Origin: an uncultured Bacteroides sp.
GTDB lineage: Bacteria > Bacteroidota > Bacteroidia > Bacteroidales > SM23-62
Assembly (NCBI GenBank): GCA_964512775.1
Contig: CAZEKO010000007.1
Coordinates: 1 to 32,074, forward strand
Reading direction: 5' to 3'
Length of the DNA stretch: 32,074 bases
Shown: positions 7,832 through 18,256 of the stretch, piece after piece
How positions within the stretch are numbered: the first letter of the stretch is position 1
How the letters are laid out: each line of letters starts with the position of its first letter
Position numbers and translations under genes: made by a program
The notes under the pieces: model-generated
What the model was told of the DNA's origin: nothing
Seen by the model: the letters and a program-made list of their open reading frames with translations, nothing else
Databases searched by the model: none

Positions 7832-8983
7832 ATGAAATACTGCGTAATAATTCCGACATACAACAACGAAAAAACACTTGAATGGGTTATATCTGAAGTT
7901 CTTAATATCACAAAAGATATTATTGTTGTCAACGACGGTTCAACAGATAATACTTCACTTATTCTGCAGAAGTTCAACTTCCTGAAAATAATATCATATA
8001 ACCCTAACAAAGGGAAAGGGTGTGCGATTCAAAAAGGATTTAAAGCAGCGATAGCAGAAGGATTTAATTATGCTATTACAATCGATTCGGACGGGCAGCA
8101 CTATCCGTCTGATATAGGAATATTCATACAAAGAATTGAGGAAGAACCTAATGCACTAATCGTTGGTGCGAGGAACCTTGCTCCTGAAAATTTCTCCAAA
8201 GGAAGCAGCTTTGCAAACCGGTTTTCAAATTTCTGGTACAGGATTCTTACCGGAATCAGACTGCCGGATACACAAACGGGTTTCAGGTTATATCCTCTTG
8301 ACCTGATAAAAGATATGAAGTTTTTCACCAGCAAGTATGAGTTTGAGATTGAAATCCTTGTAAGGGCAGCATGGAGAAGAATAAAAATCAACAGTGTTCC
8401 GATTAGAGTCTTTTATCCTCCCAGAACAGAACGCGTCAGTCACTTCAGACCATTTAAGGACTTTGTAAGGATTAGTTTGCTGAATACGGTGTTTGTAATT
8501 ATCGCGCTCTTTTATATTAAACCATTTTCGTTCATAAAATATCTGACAAAGGAGAATATCAGGGTTTTTATCAGGAAACACATTCTGCTTACCAGTGAAT
8601 CAAACCTGAATATTGCGCTTGCTGTCGCACTGGGTATTTTTACAGGCATCCTGCCAATATGGGGATTTCAGCTGATTGTTGCTATTGCTCTTGCTCACTT
8701 GCTCGGTTTAAGCAAGCTTATTGCCTCTGTTGCAGCCAACATCAGTATCCCACCTATGATACCGATATTATTATATTTAAGTTATGTAACTGGTGGAATT
8801 GTTATGGGAACAGGGAGCAAAATCAGATTTACACCCGACCTGTCAGTTAAATCGTTTGGAAATAATCTGCTTCAATATATAATAGGGAGTATCGTACTTG
8901 CCTTTATTTTGTCAATTTTAGCCGGAATTATTTCATACATAATCCTGAAATTGTTGAGGAAGAAACATATGGTAACAGAATAG
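7832..8983 (+). CDS. Family 2 glycosyltransferase fused to a C-terminal polytopic membrane domain (DUF2062-like), ApeJ-like
   Basis: 383 aa. GT2 motifs VIIPTYNNE, VNDGSTDNT and DSDGQH; C-terminal third has several TM helices. Confidence 0.85.
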   Translation: MKYCVIIPTYNNEKTLEWVISEVLNITKDIIVVNDGSTDNTSLILQKFNFLKIISYNPNKGKGCAIQKGFKAAIAEGFNYAITIDSDGQHYPSDIGIFIQRIEEEPNALIVGARNLAPENFSKGSSFANRFSNFWYRILTGIRLPDTQTGFRLYPLDLIKDMKFFTSKYEFEIEILVRAAWRRIKINSVPIRVFYPPRTERVSHFRPFKDFVRISLLNTVFVIIALFYIKPFSFIKYLTKENIRVFIRKHILLTSESNLNIALAVALGIFTGILPIWGFQLIVAIALAHLLGLSKLIASVAANISIPPMIPILLYLSYVTGGIVMGTGSKIRFTPDLSVKSFGNNLLQYIIGSIVLAFILSILAGIISYIILKLLRKKHMVTE

Positions 8984-8986
8984 AAA

Positions 8987-11900
8987 ATGGAAGGTATTTT
9001 TCTTTTGCTTTATAATTTTTTCAGGAATAAACGGATCTTATTCTTTTCAATCATTGTGATTATCGGCCTTATTGCCATTTTTCTCGCATCCAGGCTAAGG
9101 TTTGAGGAAGACATTACAAAAATGATCTCAGGAGTTGATAAAAAAAACGAGATCACAAAGATTATAGAGCAATCCGGGATTCTTGACAGGATAATCATCA
9201 ACTTTTCCCTGGCTGGTGCAACGGAAACTCCTGTTCCTATGGAGCTGATAAAATATGCTTCAAAGTTAGCCGATACTCTGCAAAGCCGAGAATTTCAACC
9301 ATATGTAAGCGGAATCACCTTCAGGATATCCGAATCCGCAATGGAAGATGTGTTCGATATAGTTTATAGGAATCTGCCGGTTTTTCTTACAGAAAGTGAT
9401 TATGATGCCATTGATACTCTGACTACATCCCTGAAAATCCGGGAGGCCATGATAAACAGCTACAATACCCTGCTTTCGCCTGCGAGTTTTACTATGAAGA
9501 AGATGATAGTGCGTGATCCGGTTGGATTAAGCAATATTGTTATGAAAAAATTCGCCGCTTTTCAAAATGATGCTAATTACCTGGTCATTGATGGCTGTAT
9601 TTTCTCAAAAGACAAACAACACCTTTTACTCTTTCTTACAACCACGTACCCGTCAAGTGCCACCTCAAAGAATTCAATCCTGGTTAAAAAGCTTGATAAA
9701 GCTATTCAGGCAATCGTCAGCGAATCTGATAACAGGATAGCTATCGAATACTTCGGTTCGGCTGTTGTTGCAGTTGGAAATGCTGAACGACTGAAAAAGG
9801 ACATCAGGTTGACATTGTCTATAACCATCATTTTGCTCCTGCTTATCATTAATTTTTCGGTCAGGAAGAAATTATTGTTCCCTTTTATTTTTCTACCGGC
9901 TGTTTTCGGAGGATTGACCGCGATGGCAGTTATTTACCTTATACAGGCTAAAATATCTATTATATCACTGAGCATAGGGACCGTAATACTTGCAATCACT
10001 GTCGATTATTCACTTCATATTACAACTCATTTCAAACACAAGCACTCCATTATTGAGACCATAAAGGACGTCTCCTTTCCTATTATTGTTTGCGGTATTG
10101 CAACAGCCTTCGAATTCATAAGCCTTGTATTTGTATCATCAGAATCATTGCATGAGTTGGGTATACTGGCTGCCATAAGCGTAATTACTGCATCTTTTTT
10201 CACAATGGTCGTTATGCCTCATATACTTGACATGACAAAATCAAAAACCGGTTTTGCTGAAGAAAAGAATTATCTCGAACGTGTTCTGGATAAAATAACC
10301 AGTTATGATTTTCATAAGAACAGGCTCCTTCTTATCTCCATGGTCATTCTCACGATAGTTACCGGTTTTTTCATTGATAAGGTCGGCTTTGAGACCGACA
10401 TGATGAAAATGAATTATATATCCCCGGAATTGTCGAAGGCAGAAGAGAATCTGAATAAAATAAACAACTACAAATCCAATTCAGTATATGTTGTGGCCCA
10501 GGGAGAGAATCTTCAGGAAGCCCTAAAGAATAACGAAAGACTAATTGAAAAAGGGAATGAATTCCTTCAGGAGAACAGTATCAGGAGCATCAGTTCCCCG
10601 GGAGCTTTGCTATATTCCGACTCCCTTCAGATTCAACGTATATCAAGGTGGAATGATTACTGGACTGAGGATAAGAAGGAAACATTCATCACAGACTTTA
10701 CTCGAATAGCAACCCAGACTGGTTTTAAAAGTGCTTCTTTTAATGAATTTTTCGACCTTCTCAATAAACACTATACGGTAATTAATCCCTCCGATTTTAA
10801 TCTGTTACAAACCTATTTTTATGCCAATAATATCAACACTGTACCCGGATTAACAACCATTGTTTCAGAGATTAAAGTTGATGATCTTAATAAGGATAAG
10901 GTAGAGGATGAGATTAACAAAATCCGGGGGATTATTGTGATGGACAGAAAATCAATTCTTTCCGGAATAATTGATGCACTTGGCAAGGATTTCAATTTTA
11001 TTGCTAATGTCAGTTTACTACTTATTCTGACTATCCTGATCATTGCCTTCGGCCGGTTTGAATTGGGCTTTATAACTTTTATCCCAATTTTCCTGAGTTG
11101 GGTGTGGACATTGGGAATTATGGGCCTGGCCGGTATCAAATTCAATATATTTAATATTATTATCTCTTCTTTTATAACTGGCCTTGGTATAGACTACAGC
11201 ATTTATATAATGCAGGGGCTTGTTCAGGGATTCAAGAGTGACAACAAAAACCTGCTTTCATATAAGACCTGCATATTGATTTCTGTAATGATATCTATTT
11301 CAGGAACAGGAGTTTTGATCCTGGCAAAGCATCCTGCCCTGAATTCAATAGCTCTGATCTCAATTATAGGATTACTTTCGGTTGTGCTGATCTCCTATAC
11401 ATTCGAACCCATCTTGTTCTACTGGCTTGTGACTAAAAAAGGCAGGAGCCGGACTTTGCCGGTAACCCTGACCGATATTATTATTACTATTATCGCTCTT
11501 TCCATTGGTTTGATCCTGTGTATTCTCCTGAACATTGTACTTTTCCTTGTTTTTCCTTTACCATTGCCTTCAAAAACAAAGAAAAAATTCCTGCATTACG
11601 TATTATTCTGGTGCCTGAAGATATCTTTACACGGAATGATTACTATAAAGAAGAAGATCATAAATGAGACAAGGGAAGATTTTAAAACACCTTCTGTGAT
11701 CATTTCAAATCATCAGTCACACATCGACTTACCTTTGCTTTTGGCGCAAAGTCCCAAGATCATTGTACTTACCACTAAATGGGTCTGGAATAATCCGCTT
11801 TATGCACTTTATATCCGGTACCTTGATTTTTACCCGGTGACGGGAGGCTACGAACTTTTAATTGAGAAGTTAAGGAAAAAGGTTGAAGAGGGATATTCCA

Positions 11901-12844
11901 TCCTTGTCTTTCCGGAAGGGACCCGCTCCCCCGATTCAAGAATCAGACGTTTTCATAAGGGCGCATTCCTCCTGGCTGAAAAACTGAATCTCGATATTGT
12001 GCCTGTAATTATTCATGGCACTGGTGATTGCATGACCAAGGGTGAAAACCATTTAAAGAGGGGAAGCATTACCATTAAGATATTCCCCCGCATCACAACC
12101 GGAAACAGGAGCTTTGGCAATAATTATCACGAACGAACAAAATCCATTCTCAGGTTTTTTAGAAATGAATACCAGCATATGAAATCCGAACTGGAAACAC
12201 CAAAATACTTCCGGAAAAAGCTTATCAGAAATTATATTTACAAGGGACCGGTACTGGAATGGTATACCAGGATCAAACTAGCCCTTGAAAGGGATTATGA
12301 AATTATTCATAAGAATGTTCCGCGCGAAGCTGATATTGTTGACATTGGGTGTGGATATGGATTCATCTCCTACATGCTGAATTTTACATCAGATAAAAGA
12401 AAAATATTGGGGATTGACTATGATAATGATAAAATTGAACTTGCTAATAACTGCATTTCAAAAAACGACAGGATAAATTTTGTTTCAGCTGATGCTGTCA
12501 CATATAATTATCCCCAGGCAGATGTTTTCTTATTAAGCGATGTATTGCACTATATACCGGAAGAAAAACAGGAACAGTTATTAACCAGTTGCATAAATCA
12601 TCTGAACAGGGATGGAATTATAATTATCCGCGATGCAGATAAAGATCTGCAGAAAAGACATCTTGGAACCCGTTACACAGAATTTTTCTCGACTCGTTTT
12701 GGTTATAACAAATCATTAAACAAGAAACTCTTCTTTTTCTCAGGTAAACGAATTACAGACCTGGCTGCCAGAAATAAAATGAGTGTGGAAGTTACAGACA
12801 ATAAAAAACTTACTTCTAACCTGTTATATATTCTGAAACGTTGA
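8987..12844 (+). CDS. Trifunctional fusion: MMPL/RND-type exporter + PlsC-type acyltransferase + class I SAM-dependent methyltransferase
   Basis: 1285 aa. Two multi-helix TM bundles separated by large soluble loops (MMPL/ApeM-like). HX4D motif NHQSHIDLP (nt 11708-11734) and FPEGTRS (nt 11909-11929). Methyltransferase motif I VDIGCGYG (nt 12338-12361). One uninterrupted ORF. Confidence 0.85.
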   Translation: MEGIFLLLYNFFRNKRILFFSIIVIIGLIAIFLASRLRFEEDITKMISGVDKKNEITKIIEQSGILDRIIINFSLAGATETPVPMELIKYASKLADTLQSREFQPYVSGITFRISESAMEDVFDIVYRNLPVFLTESDYDAIDTLTTSLKIREAMINSYNTLLSPASFTMKKMIVRDPVGLSNIVMKKFAAFQNDANYLVIDGCIFSKDKQHLLLFLTTTYPSSATSKNSILVKKLDKAIQAIVSESDNRIAIEYFGSAVVAVGNAERLKKDIRLTLSITIILLLLIINFSVRKKLLFPFIFLPAVFGGLTAMAVIYLIQAKISIISLSIGTVILAITVDYSLHITTHFKHKHSIIETIKDVSFPIIVCGIATAFEFISLVFVSSESLHELGILAAISVITASFFTMVVMPHILDMTKSKTGFAEEKNYLERVLDKITSYDFHKNRLLLISMVILTIVTGFFIDKVGFETDMMKMNYISPELSKAEENLNKINNYKSNSVYVVAQGENLQEALKNNERLIEKGNEFLQENSIRSISSPGALLYSDSLQIQRISRWNDYWTEDKKETFITDFTRIATQTGFKSASFNEFFDLLNKHYTVINPSDFNLLQTYFYANNINTVPGLTTIVSEIKVDDLNKDKVEDEINKIRGIIVMDRKSILSGIIDALGKDFNFIANVSLLLILTILIIAFGRFELGFITFIPIFLSWVWTLGIMGLAGIKFNIFNIIISSFITGLGIDYSIYIMQGLVQGFKSDNKNLLSYKTCILISVMISISGTGVLILAKHPALNSIALISIIGLLSVVLISYTFEPILFYWLVTKKGRSRTLPVTLTDIIITIIALSIGLILCILLNIVLFLVFPLPLPSKTKKKFLHYVLFWCLKISLHGMITIKKKIINETREDFKTPSVIISNHQSHIDLPLLLAQSPKIIVLTTKWVWNNPLYALYIRYLDFYPVTGGYELLIEKLRKKVEEGYSILVFPEGTRSPDSRIRRFHKGAFLLAEKLNLDIVPVIIHGTGDCMTKGENHLKRGSITIKIFPRITTGNRSFGNNYHERTKSILRFFRNEYQHMKSELETPKYFRKKLIRNYIYKGPVLEWYTRIKLALERDYEIIHKNVPREADIVDIGCGYGFISYMLNFTSDKRKILGIDYDNDKIELANNCISKNDRINFVSADAVTYNYPQADVFLLSDVLHYIPEEKQEQLLTSCINHLNRDGIIIIRDADKDLQKRHLGTRYTEFFSTRFGYNKSLNKKLFFFSGKRITDLAARNKMSVEVTDNKKLTSNLLYILKR

Positions 12845-12865
12845 TTCATTTGCAATGGGATTGAA

Positions 12866-15424
12866 TTAAAATCTGAAAACTCCGCTGATCTTGACGGCAA
12901 AACGTTGAGTATCAGGATTTTCAAGCCATGTAAGACGATGTACAAGATCGATCCGTAAAAACCTGAAGATATTTTCAATCCCATAGGACAATTCTATATA
13001 AGGTTTATTATAAGAAAGTGTATAAAATCCGGTGACGGGATTTCCATTGAGTGAATCAGGGAGTATTCCGACCGGATTGTTGTCGGGATCATAAAATCCG
13101 TTCACTTTATCATTAAAATTGCCGAATGCTGCCTGCCCGGTTACCACTGTGCGCCACTGGAGTTTTTTCAATAGCGGTATCTTGTTCAGGATAACACCGT
13201 TCATATGGTATGATGCGAAAAGTTCCAGAGCCTCATCGAGAACAAACTCACCGTAATTCATCAGGTTATATGTACGGTTAGTTCTGAAAACCGACTGATT
13301 TCCGGCAAGAGTTATTAATAGGGGATAAGGTAATTGATCAAATACTTTGGTAAAGCTTAAATCATATCCGAAGGCTCCTGCCCCCCCGAGATTGAAATTA
13401 TGATTGACGTCAACAACAATTTTATTATAGCTGAAATTACTGTTCAGGATATCCTTAAGTCCCCGGTAATATTGAAAACTTAAAGCAGGGTATTTGTTGA
13501 AGTTTACCGGGAATCTTCTCACCCCGTCAACAACAAAGGTCGCTTTAGGTTGATACCTCAGTATAAATGCCAGTTCGGTTGTGGAGTAATCTGTTGCCAG
13601 CATTGTTCTGGCCCGATCAGTGTACCATGCGAAGTAAAAATCAGGGCTTACCGGTTCGAAGGTCTTATGTGTAAGTACCAGTTTCCCCGTCATACCCTTC
13701 AAAAGATCAGATTCAAGCCATGTCCGTATTACCTGTGATCTGTCCATTTTATTAGAACCACCTAAACTGGTTGCGAAAGTGAGAAAGGTGCTCTGAGAAT
13801 AAAACTCATCCAGGGAACCTACATTTTCAACATCATCTCTATACTGAATCCCTGTTTTAGCCCACTGTTCCTTTGACAGAAAATACTCTGTCTGAATTGA
13901 GCCTTTAATGCGATTATCCCGGGTACCGTAAGCAAGATAACCTTCGAGAATCCACCTCCTGCTGAAGGTGATGTTAGTCCTGCCTCCCAGCCTGAAACGG
14001 TTCCCTTCCACATTATTATGATTATAGATTAAAAGGTAAGGACCGCCTTCGAACCATCCAAAATTGTAATAACCTTTGATAGCAGCTTCAATAAGCTTAG
14101 CTGTTACCTTGATCGTGTTATTCTTTTTCAGTGAATCGATCCGTTGTAATGCCAGACTGTCAATCTGTTCAAGGGAATTCATCCGGTTTGACTTCCAGTA
14201 TTCCTGGTCATAATCAGCTGAATTATAGTTAACTTTAATATCCGATCCGTAAAATCCGGGATCAAACGGATTATTAACGACTATATTTGATTTCTGGGAA
14301 TAATTATTAACAAAAATATTAATGGCATCAGCCATAAAACGTGTTTTGACAGGAAACCACGCTCCTGAATCAACTGGCTCATAGTCCTGTTGTATTTTAA
14401 TTCTCTGAATAAAATTCAGTTCGGCTTTTTTCGCAACTTCGACGGATATTCTCTTTAAAGCATAGGTGGTGTCATGTATCCATATTGTCCCATGAAATAC
14501 CGGATCCTCCTCGCGTTTGGGCACAACATTTATCTCATAACAGAAATATTTATTATCAAGGATCAGGCTGTCAACAAGATAATATTTGTAATATAAAAGT
14601 CCAAAACGAGATAGCGGTGAGACAAAACTCTTATCAATAATAAGTACGTTATTATCCGGGAAATAGAAATTCTCCTGTTTGCACAGGAGTTGCGCAACCA
14701 GGTCGGTATTCTCGAATGCTATACCATTTGTATTTATTGATTTGATATAGGTGTAATTTCTTTTGGGTGATTTCAGAAAATAGTTATCGCTTATCGATTC
14801 GGTAATATAAGACGGAATGGCGGGTATATCTTCTTCACCTGTTTTCACGGCATATTGATCAAAAGCTTTTGAGAAAGGACTAAAGCCTTTGTCATCATCC
14901 CCTCTATAACTAAATTTTCTGAGGAACACTGTTGACCTCGAATAATTCTCATACTGGTAAGCAGATAGTTTCTCAATATTGTTTGTGTTCCTGTTCTTCC
15001 ATACTTTCCTGAGCAGAATATGGGCAGGATTTTCTCCCGGAGTCACATTAATTTCTTGTAAAGCATACATTGCCGGGTAAAGCTGAACATCAATAGTCTG
15101 GATAGTATCCAGTCTGATTCCAATGGTTCTGGTATTATACCCGATGAAGGAAATTACTATGGAATCGCTTTTTGTTGTTCCAGACAGGGAATAGTTGCCG
15201 CTGAATTCCGTAAAAGTGCCAATGGATGTACCTTTAAAAACAATATCTGCAAAAACAACAGGTTCAAAGGTCTGTGCATCGGTCACTTTCCCGTTTACAA
15301 CAGTTTGTCCTGCCAGAAATATATAGAAAATCTGAGTCAGGAAACATACCAGTAGGAATATTTTCCATCTGGTTGTTCTGAACAGGTAAAATCCTTTCCG
15401 AGAAATTATAAGTAAGGAATTCAA
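12866..15424 (-). CDS. Large outer-membrane protein with an N-terminal carboxypeptidase-regulatory-like domain (DUF5686-like)
   Basis: 852 aa. Signal-anchor, then GKVTDAQTFEPVVFADIVFKG..GNYSL (CarboxypepD_reg-type fold motif). Long beta-rich C-terminal region ending in the aromatic residue F (..ISGVFRF). Apparent TTG start 3 nt after the upstream stop; there is no in-frame ATG before the signal peptide. Confidence 0.7.
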   Translation of the reverse strand: MNSLLIISRKGFYLFRTTRWKIFLLVCFLTQIFYIFLAGQTVVNGKVTDAQTFEPVVFADIVFKGTSIGTFTEFSGNYSLSGTTKSDSIVISFIGYNTRTIGIRLDTIQTIDVQLYPAMYALQEINVTPGENPAHILLRKVWKNRNTNNIEKLSAYQYENYSRSTVFLRKFSYRGDDDKGFSPFSKAFDQYAVKTGEEDIPAIPSYITESISDNYFLKSPKRNYTYIKSINTNGIAFENTDLVAQLLCKQENFYFPDNNVLIIDKSFVSPLSRFGLLYYKYYLVDSLILDNKYFCYEINVVPKREEDPVFHGTIWIHDTTYALKRISVEVAKKAELNFIQRIKIQQDYEPVDSGAWFPVKTRFMADAINIFVNNYSQKSNIVVNNPFDPGFYGSDIKVNYNSADYDQEYWKSNRMNSLEQIDSLALQRIDSLKKNNTIKVTAKLIEAAIKGYYNFGWFEGGPYLLIYNHNNVEGNRFRLGGRTNITFSRRWILEGYLAYGTRDNRIKGSIQTEYFLSKEQWAKTGIQYRDDVENVGSLDEFYSQSTFLTFATSLGGSNKMDRSQVIRTWLESDLLKGMTGKLVLTHKTFEPVSPDFYFAWYTDRARTMLATDYSTTELAFILRYQPKATFVVDGVRRFPVNFNKYPALSFQYYRGLKDILNSNFSYNKIVVDVNHNFNLGGAGAFGYDLSFTKVFDQLPYPLLITLAGNQSVFRTNRTYNLMNYGEFVLDEALELFASYHMNGVILNKIPLLKKLQWRTVVTGQAAFGNFNDKVNGFYDPDNNPVGILPDSLNGNPVTGFYTLSYNKPYIELSYGIENIFRFLRIDLVHRLTWLENPDTQRFAVKISGVFRF

Positions 15425-15427
15425 CTG

Positions 15428-16567
15428 CTACCTGGTCCTCTTTAGATTAATCAGAGGGTTTTCATAAATTCCGAGGAATAATTCTTCGATCGCTTTACTG
15501 TTACCTTCAATTCCTCTGATTTCATTTTCCTTATATTTTAGAAACTCATCCTTTTCGTTGGAGGTATAAAATCCGTCGTATTCATGGCTGTCATGCGCCA
15601 TATCATATGCAATATAATTACTGGGCCAAAGCTTGTAATGCCGGTACACTTCAGAATCCATCATTTCGGCCATACTATTTATTTTGTCGTTAATTGTATC
15701 TTTCTCATCGATCTTATCAAGATAGTGATTAACCGGTTTTCCGATCGAAACATGGATCCTTCCTTTTGGACTGATAATACCCGTAATGATACTCTGAAAA
15801 TCTTCATCAGGTTTTTTCTGGTAAGTTCCATGAAGGGATATTGCTAATAGTTCTTTTATTTTAAACGCACAGCAGGGTTCGTACTCATAGGATATCACCA
15901 GTGGGACAATATTTAACTCCTGGAATGAGTCTTTAAAATTATCATGTCCACTCATATTGAACATTTTAAGTAAAGCTACTTCCGTTTTATCGTTCCCATT
16001 TTTTGTCCGTCCGGGACGCTGAGCAATCCAGATGGAATTCTTTTTCCGGGTAATGGTATACCTCATGTAAGCAGAAAGCTTTTGGGAATTCCTGAGAAGT
16101 TCAATTTTACTACCTCCCCTTTCCACCTTGAACATCCGGTTGACTTTGCCCAGGTCAATGATAAACTGGTTGATCATCAGATTACTTCCGAAGGTTATCT
16201 CCGAAGTAGGATGGCTGTTATCAATTAAAAGCACCTGGAGAATTGCTGAATCGAGAACGATATCGCGGTGGTTTGCAACAAAGAGATAGGGTGTGCCGGG
16301 AGTCAATTGTTCAAAACCATCGCATGTCAGACCTTTTGATGTTTTCCCGACAATTGAATAAACCAGGGGATGCATAAAATTATGCTGAAAATCATAGGCT
16401 GAATAAGTCTCTGCGAGCCTTTGTCTGATTCGATTTTTATCCTGGCCAGCGAAAAGAAAATCAAGGATAATATTGAAAGCAGGTTCAGAAATTATCCTTT
16501 TAAGTGCTGGATTTATTTCATGGTCATGGTAAGGACGGATATCCTCAAAATCTGCTTCATTAAACAT
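15428..16567 (-). CDS. PlsC-family (1-acyl-sn-glycerol-3-phosphate/lysophospholipid) acyltransferase, long form
   Basis: Acyltransferase motif FVANHRDIVLDSA and downstream IAQRPGRTKNG. The ORF track starts at a TTG (16588). The ATG at 16567 (MFNEADFEDIRPY) is preferred because a TAnnTTTG box overlaps the TTG. Confidence 0.75.
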   Translation of the reverse strand: MFNEADFEDIRPYHDHEINPALKRIISEPAFNIILDFLFAGQDKNRIRQRLAETYSAYDFQHNFMHPLVYSIVGKTSKGLTCDGFEQLTPGTPYLFVANHRDIVLDSAILQVLLIDNSHPTSEITFGSNLMINQFIIDLGKVNRMFKVERGGSKIELLRNSQKLSAYMRYTITRKKNSIWIAQRPGRTKNGNDKTEVALLKMFNMSGHDNFKDSFQELNIVPLVISYEYEPCCAFKIKELLAISLHGTYQKKPDEDFQSIITGIISPKGRIHVSIGKPVNHYLDKIDEKDTINDKINSMAEMMDSEVYRHYKLWPSNYIAYDMAHDSHEYDGFYTSNEKDEFLKYKENEIRGIEGNSKAIEELFLGIYENPLINLKRTR

Positions 16568-16585
16568 TTCCGGTATATTTTTCTT

Positions 16586-16593
16586 CAAAAATA
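16586..16593 (-). promoter_or_regulatory. Candidate Bacteroidota -7 promoter box for the acyltransferase/DUF5686 unit
   Basis: Plus-strand caaaaata is TATTTTTG on the minus strand, an exact TAnnTTTG match 19 nt upstream of the ATG at 16567. Confidence 0.35.
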
Positions 16594-16744
16594 ACAGTAT
16601 TTATTAAAAATACAATCGCCGGTTGGTTTTTTAAATTTACTAAGAGGGGATTGATTCCTGTAAAATTATTCGGTTATCGTTCCTGAAAGATGATTAGAGT
16701 TTTTTTAACTTTAAAAACTTTATGAATCCGGAAGTTGGGAAGCT

Positions 16745-18232
16745 ATGAAATTTGATGTTGTTATAATCGGGAGCGGTTTGGGAGGACTTTTATGTGGAAA
16801 TATCCTTAGCAGGGAAGGATATAATGTGTGCATCCTTGAAAAGAATAACAAACTGGGAGGTTCCCTTCAGTCTTTCGGAAGAAAAGGCTGCATTTTCAAC
16901 ACCGGCTTAAACTATACAGAGAGTCTGGATGAAGGTCAGATCTTGAACCAGTATTTCCGTTATTTCGGTTTATACAATAAACTCAAACTAAGAAAACTTG
17001 ATGAAAACGGTTTTGATGTCATCAGTTTCTCTGACGGTACTTACAAACTTGCAATGGGTCATGAAAATTACAGGGACACATTATTGCAATATTTCCCCAA
17101 TGAAAAACAAGGTCTTACCAGATACCTTAAAAAGATAAGAAATATTTGTTCGTCTATCTCACTCTATAATCTATCTGACAAGCCTTTCAATATTTTTGAA
17201 TGTGAATCAATGAGTATCGGTGCCGCGGATTATATCCGGTCTGAAATATCAGATTACCGGATGCAGAATGTAATTGCGGGCAATAGTTTAATGTATGCCG
17301 GACATGAAAGGAAAACACCACTGTTAATTCATTCCCTTATTAATAATTCTTTTATTGAAAGTGCCTGGAGGATTGTCGATGGTAGTCATCTGATGATAAA
17401 TATTCTGGCAGATAATATTACCAGCAATGGAGGGGCTATTTTCAGAAATGCAAAAGCTGAAAAATTTATTACAGACAACAATTCAATAAAATTGGTGGAA
17501 TTAACAAATGGGGAGCAGATAGAAGGAAAATACTTTATATCGAATACTCATCCGGAACAATTACTGTCAATGATCCAATCTCAGAAGATTTCCAGCACAT
17601 TTTCATACAGGATCAGCAGACTTGAAGACACTATTGGTATGTTCACCCTATACATTGTATTTAAAAAGAATTCCTTTCCTTATCTGAATTATAATTTCTA
17701 TCATTATAATCAGGACAATACCTGGGTTGTGGGAGATTATGATCCTTCAAAATGGCCTCAGATGTATGTATTAATGCCTACAGCCACTTCGAAATCAGAT
17801 TATTACTCTGAAAGTGCTTCTGTATTAACCTATATGAAATTTGATGAAATGGAACCCTGGAAAAACACATTTTCCGGTAAAAGAGGGGACGATTATCTTC
17901 AATTCAAGAAAGATAAAAGTGAGTTGCTTCTGGATGAGTTGGAAAAACAATTTCCAGGGTTCAGGAGCTGTGTTAATGTTTATTATTCATCTACTCCTCT
18001 TACCTGGCGCGACTACACTGGCACAAGAGCAGGTTCAGCCTTTGGATTATTAAAGGATTACAACAGACCAATGGAATCGATCATTCTATCCCGGACCAAG
18101 ATACCAAATCTGTTCCTTACAGGTCAAAATACAAATATGCATGGTATCCTTGGCGTAACGATCAGTTCGGTAATAACCTGCGGGGAAATTTTGAATATTC
18201 AACATCTTATAAGACAGATACGTAATGCGTAA
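16745..18232 (+). CDS. FAD/NAD(P)-dependent oxidoreductase, phytoene desaturase/retinol saturase (CrtI) family, paralog 1
   Basis: 495 aa. N-terminal dinucleotide fold DVVIIGSGLGGL..LEKN..LGG; C-terminal family motif NLFLTGQNT..HGILG. Confidence 0.85.
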   Translation: MKFDVVIIGSGLGGLLCGNILSREGYNVCILEKNNKLGGSLQSFGRKGCIFNTGLNYTESLDEGQILNQYFRYFGLYNKLKLRKLDENGFDVISFSDGTYKLAMGHENYRDTLLQYFPNEKQGLTRYLKKIRNICSSISLYNLSDKPFNIFECESMSIGAADYIRSEISDYRMQNVIAGNSLMYAGHERKTPLLIHSLINNSFIESAWRIVDGSHLMINILADNITSNGGAIFRNAKAEKFITDNNSIKLVELTNGEQIEGKYFISNTHPEQLLSMIQSQKISSTFSYRISRLEDTIGMFTLYIVFKKNSFPYLNYNFYHYNQDNTWVVGDYDPSKWPQMYVLMPTATSKSDYYSESASVLTYMKFDEMEPWKNTFSGKRGDDYLQFKKDKSELLLDELEKQFPGFRSCVNVYYSSTPLTWRDYTGTRAGSAFGLLKDYNRPMESIILSRTKIPNLFLTGQNTNMHGILGVTISSVITCGEILNIQHLIRQIRNA

Positions 18233-18256
18233 GCTATTAATTCAGATTACGGGCTT

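Noticed and set aside
12866-15424. TonB-dependent receptor / SusC-like transporter
   Set aside because: It shares the CarboxypepD_reg-like N-terminus, but I could not recognise a TonB box, a plug domain or an adjacent SusD-like gene. The DUF5686-like call is kept.
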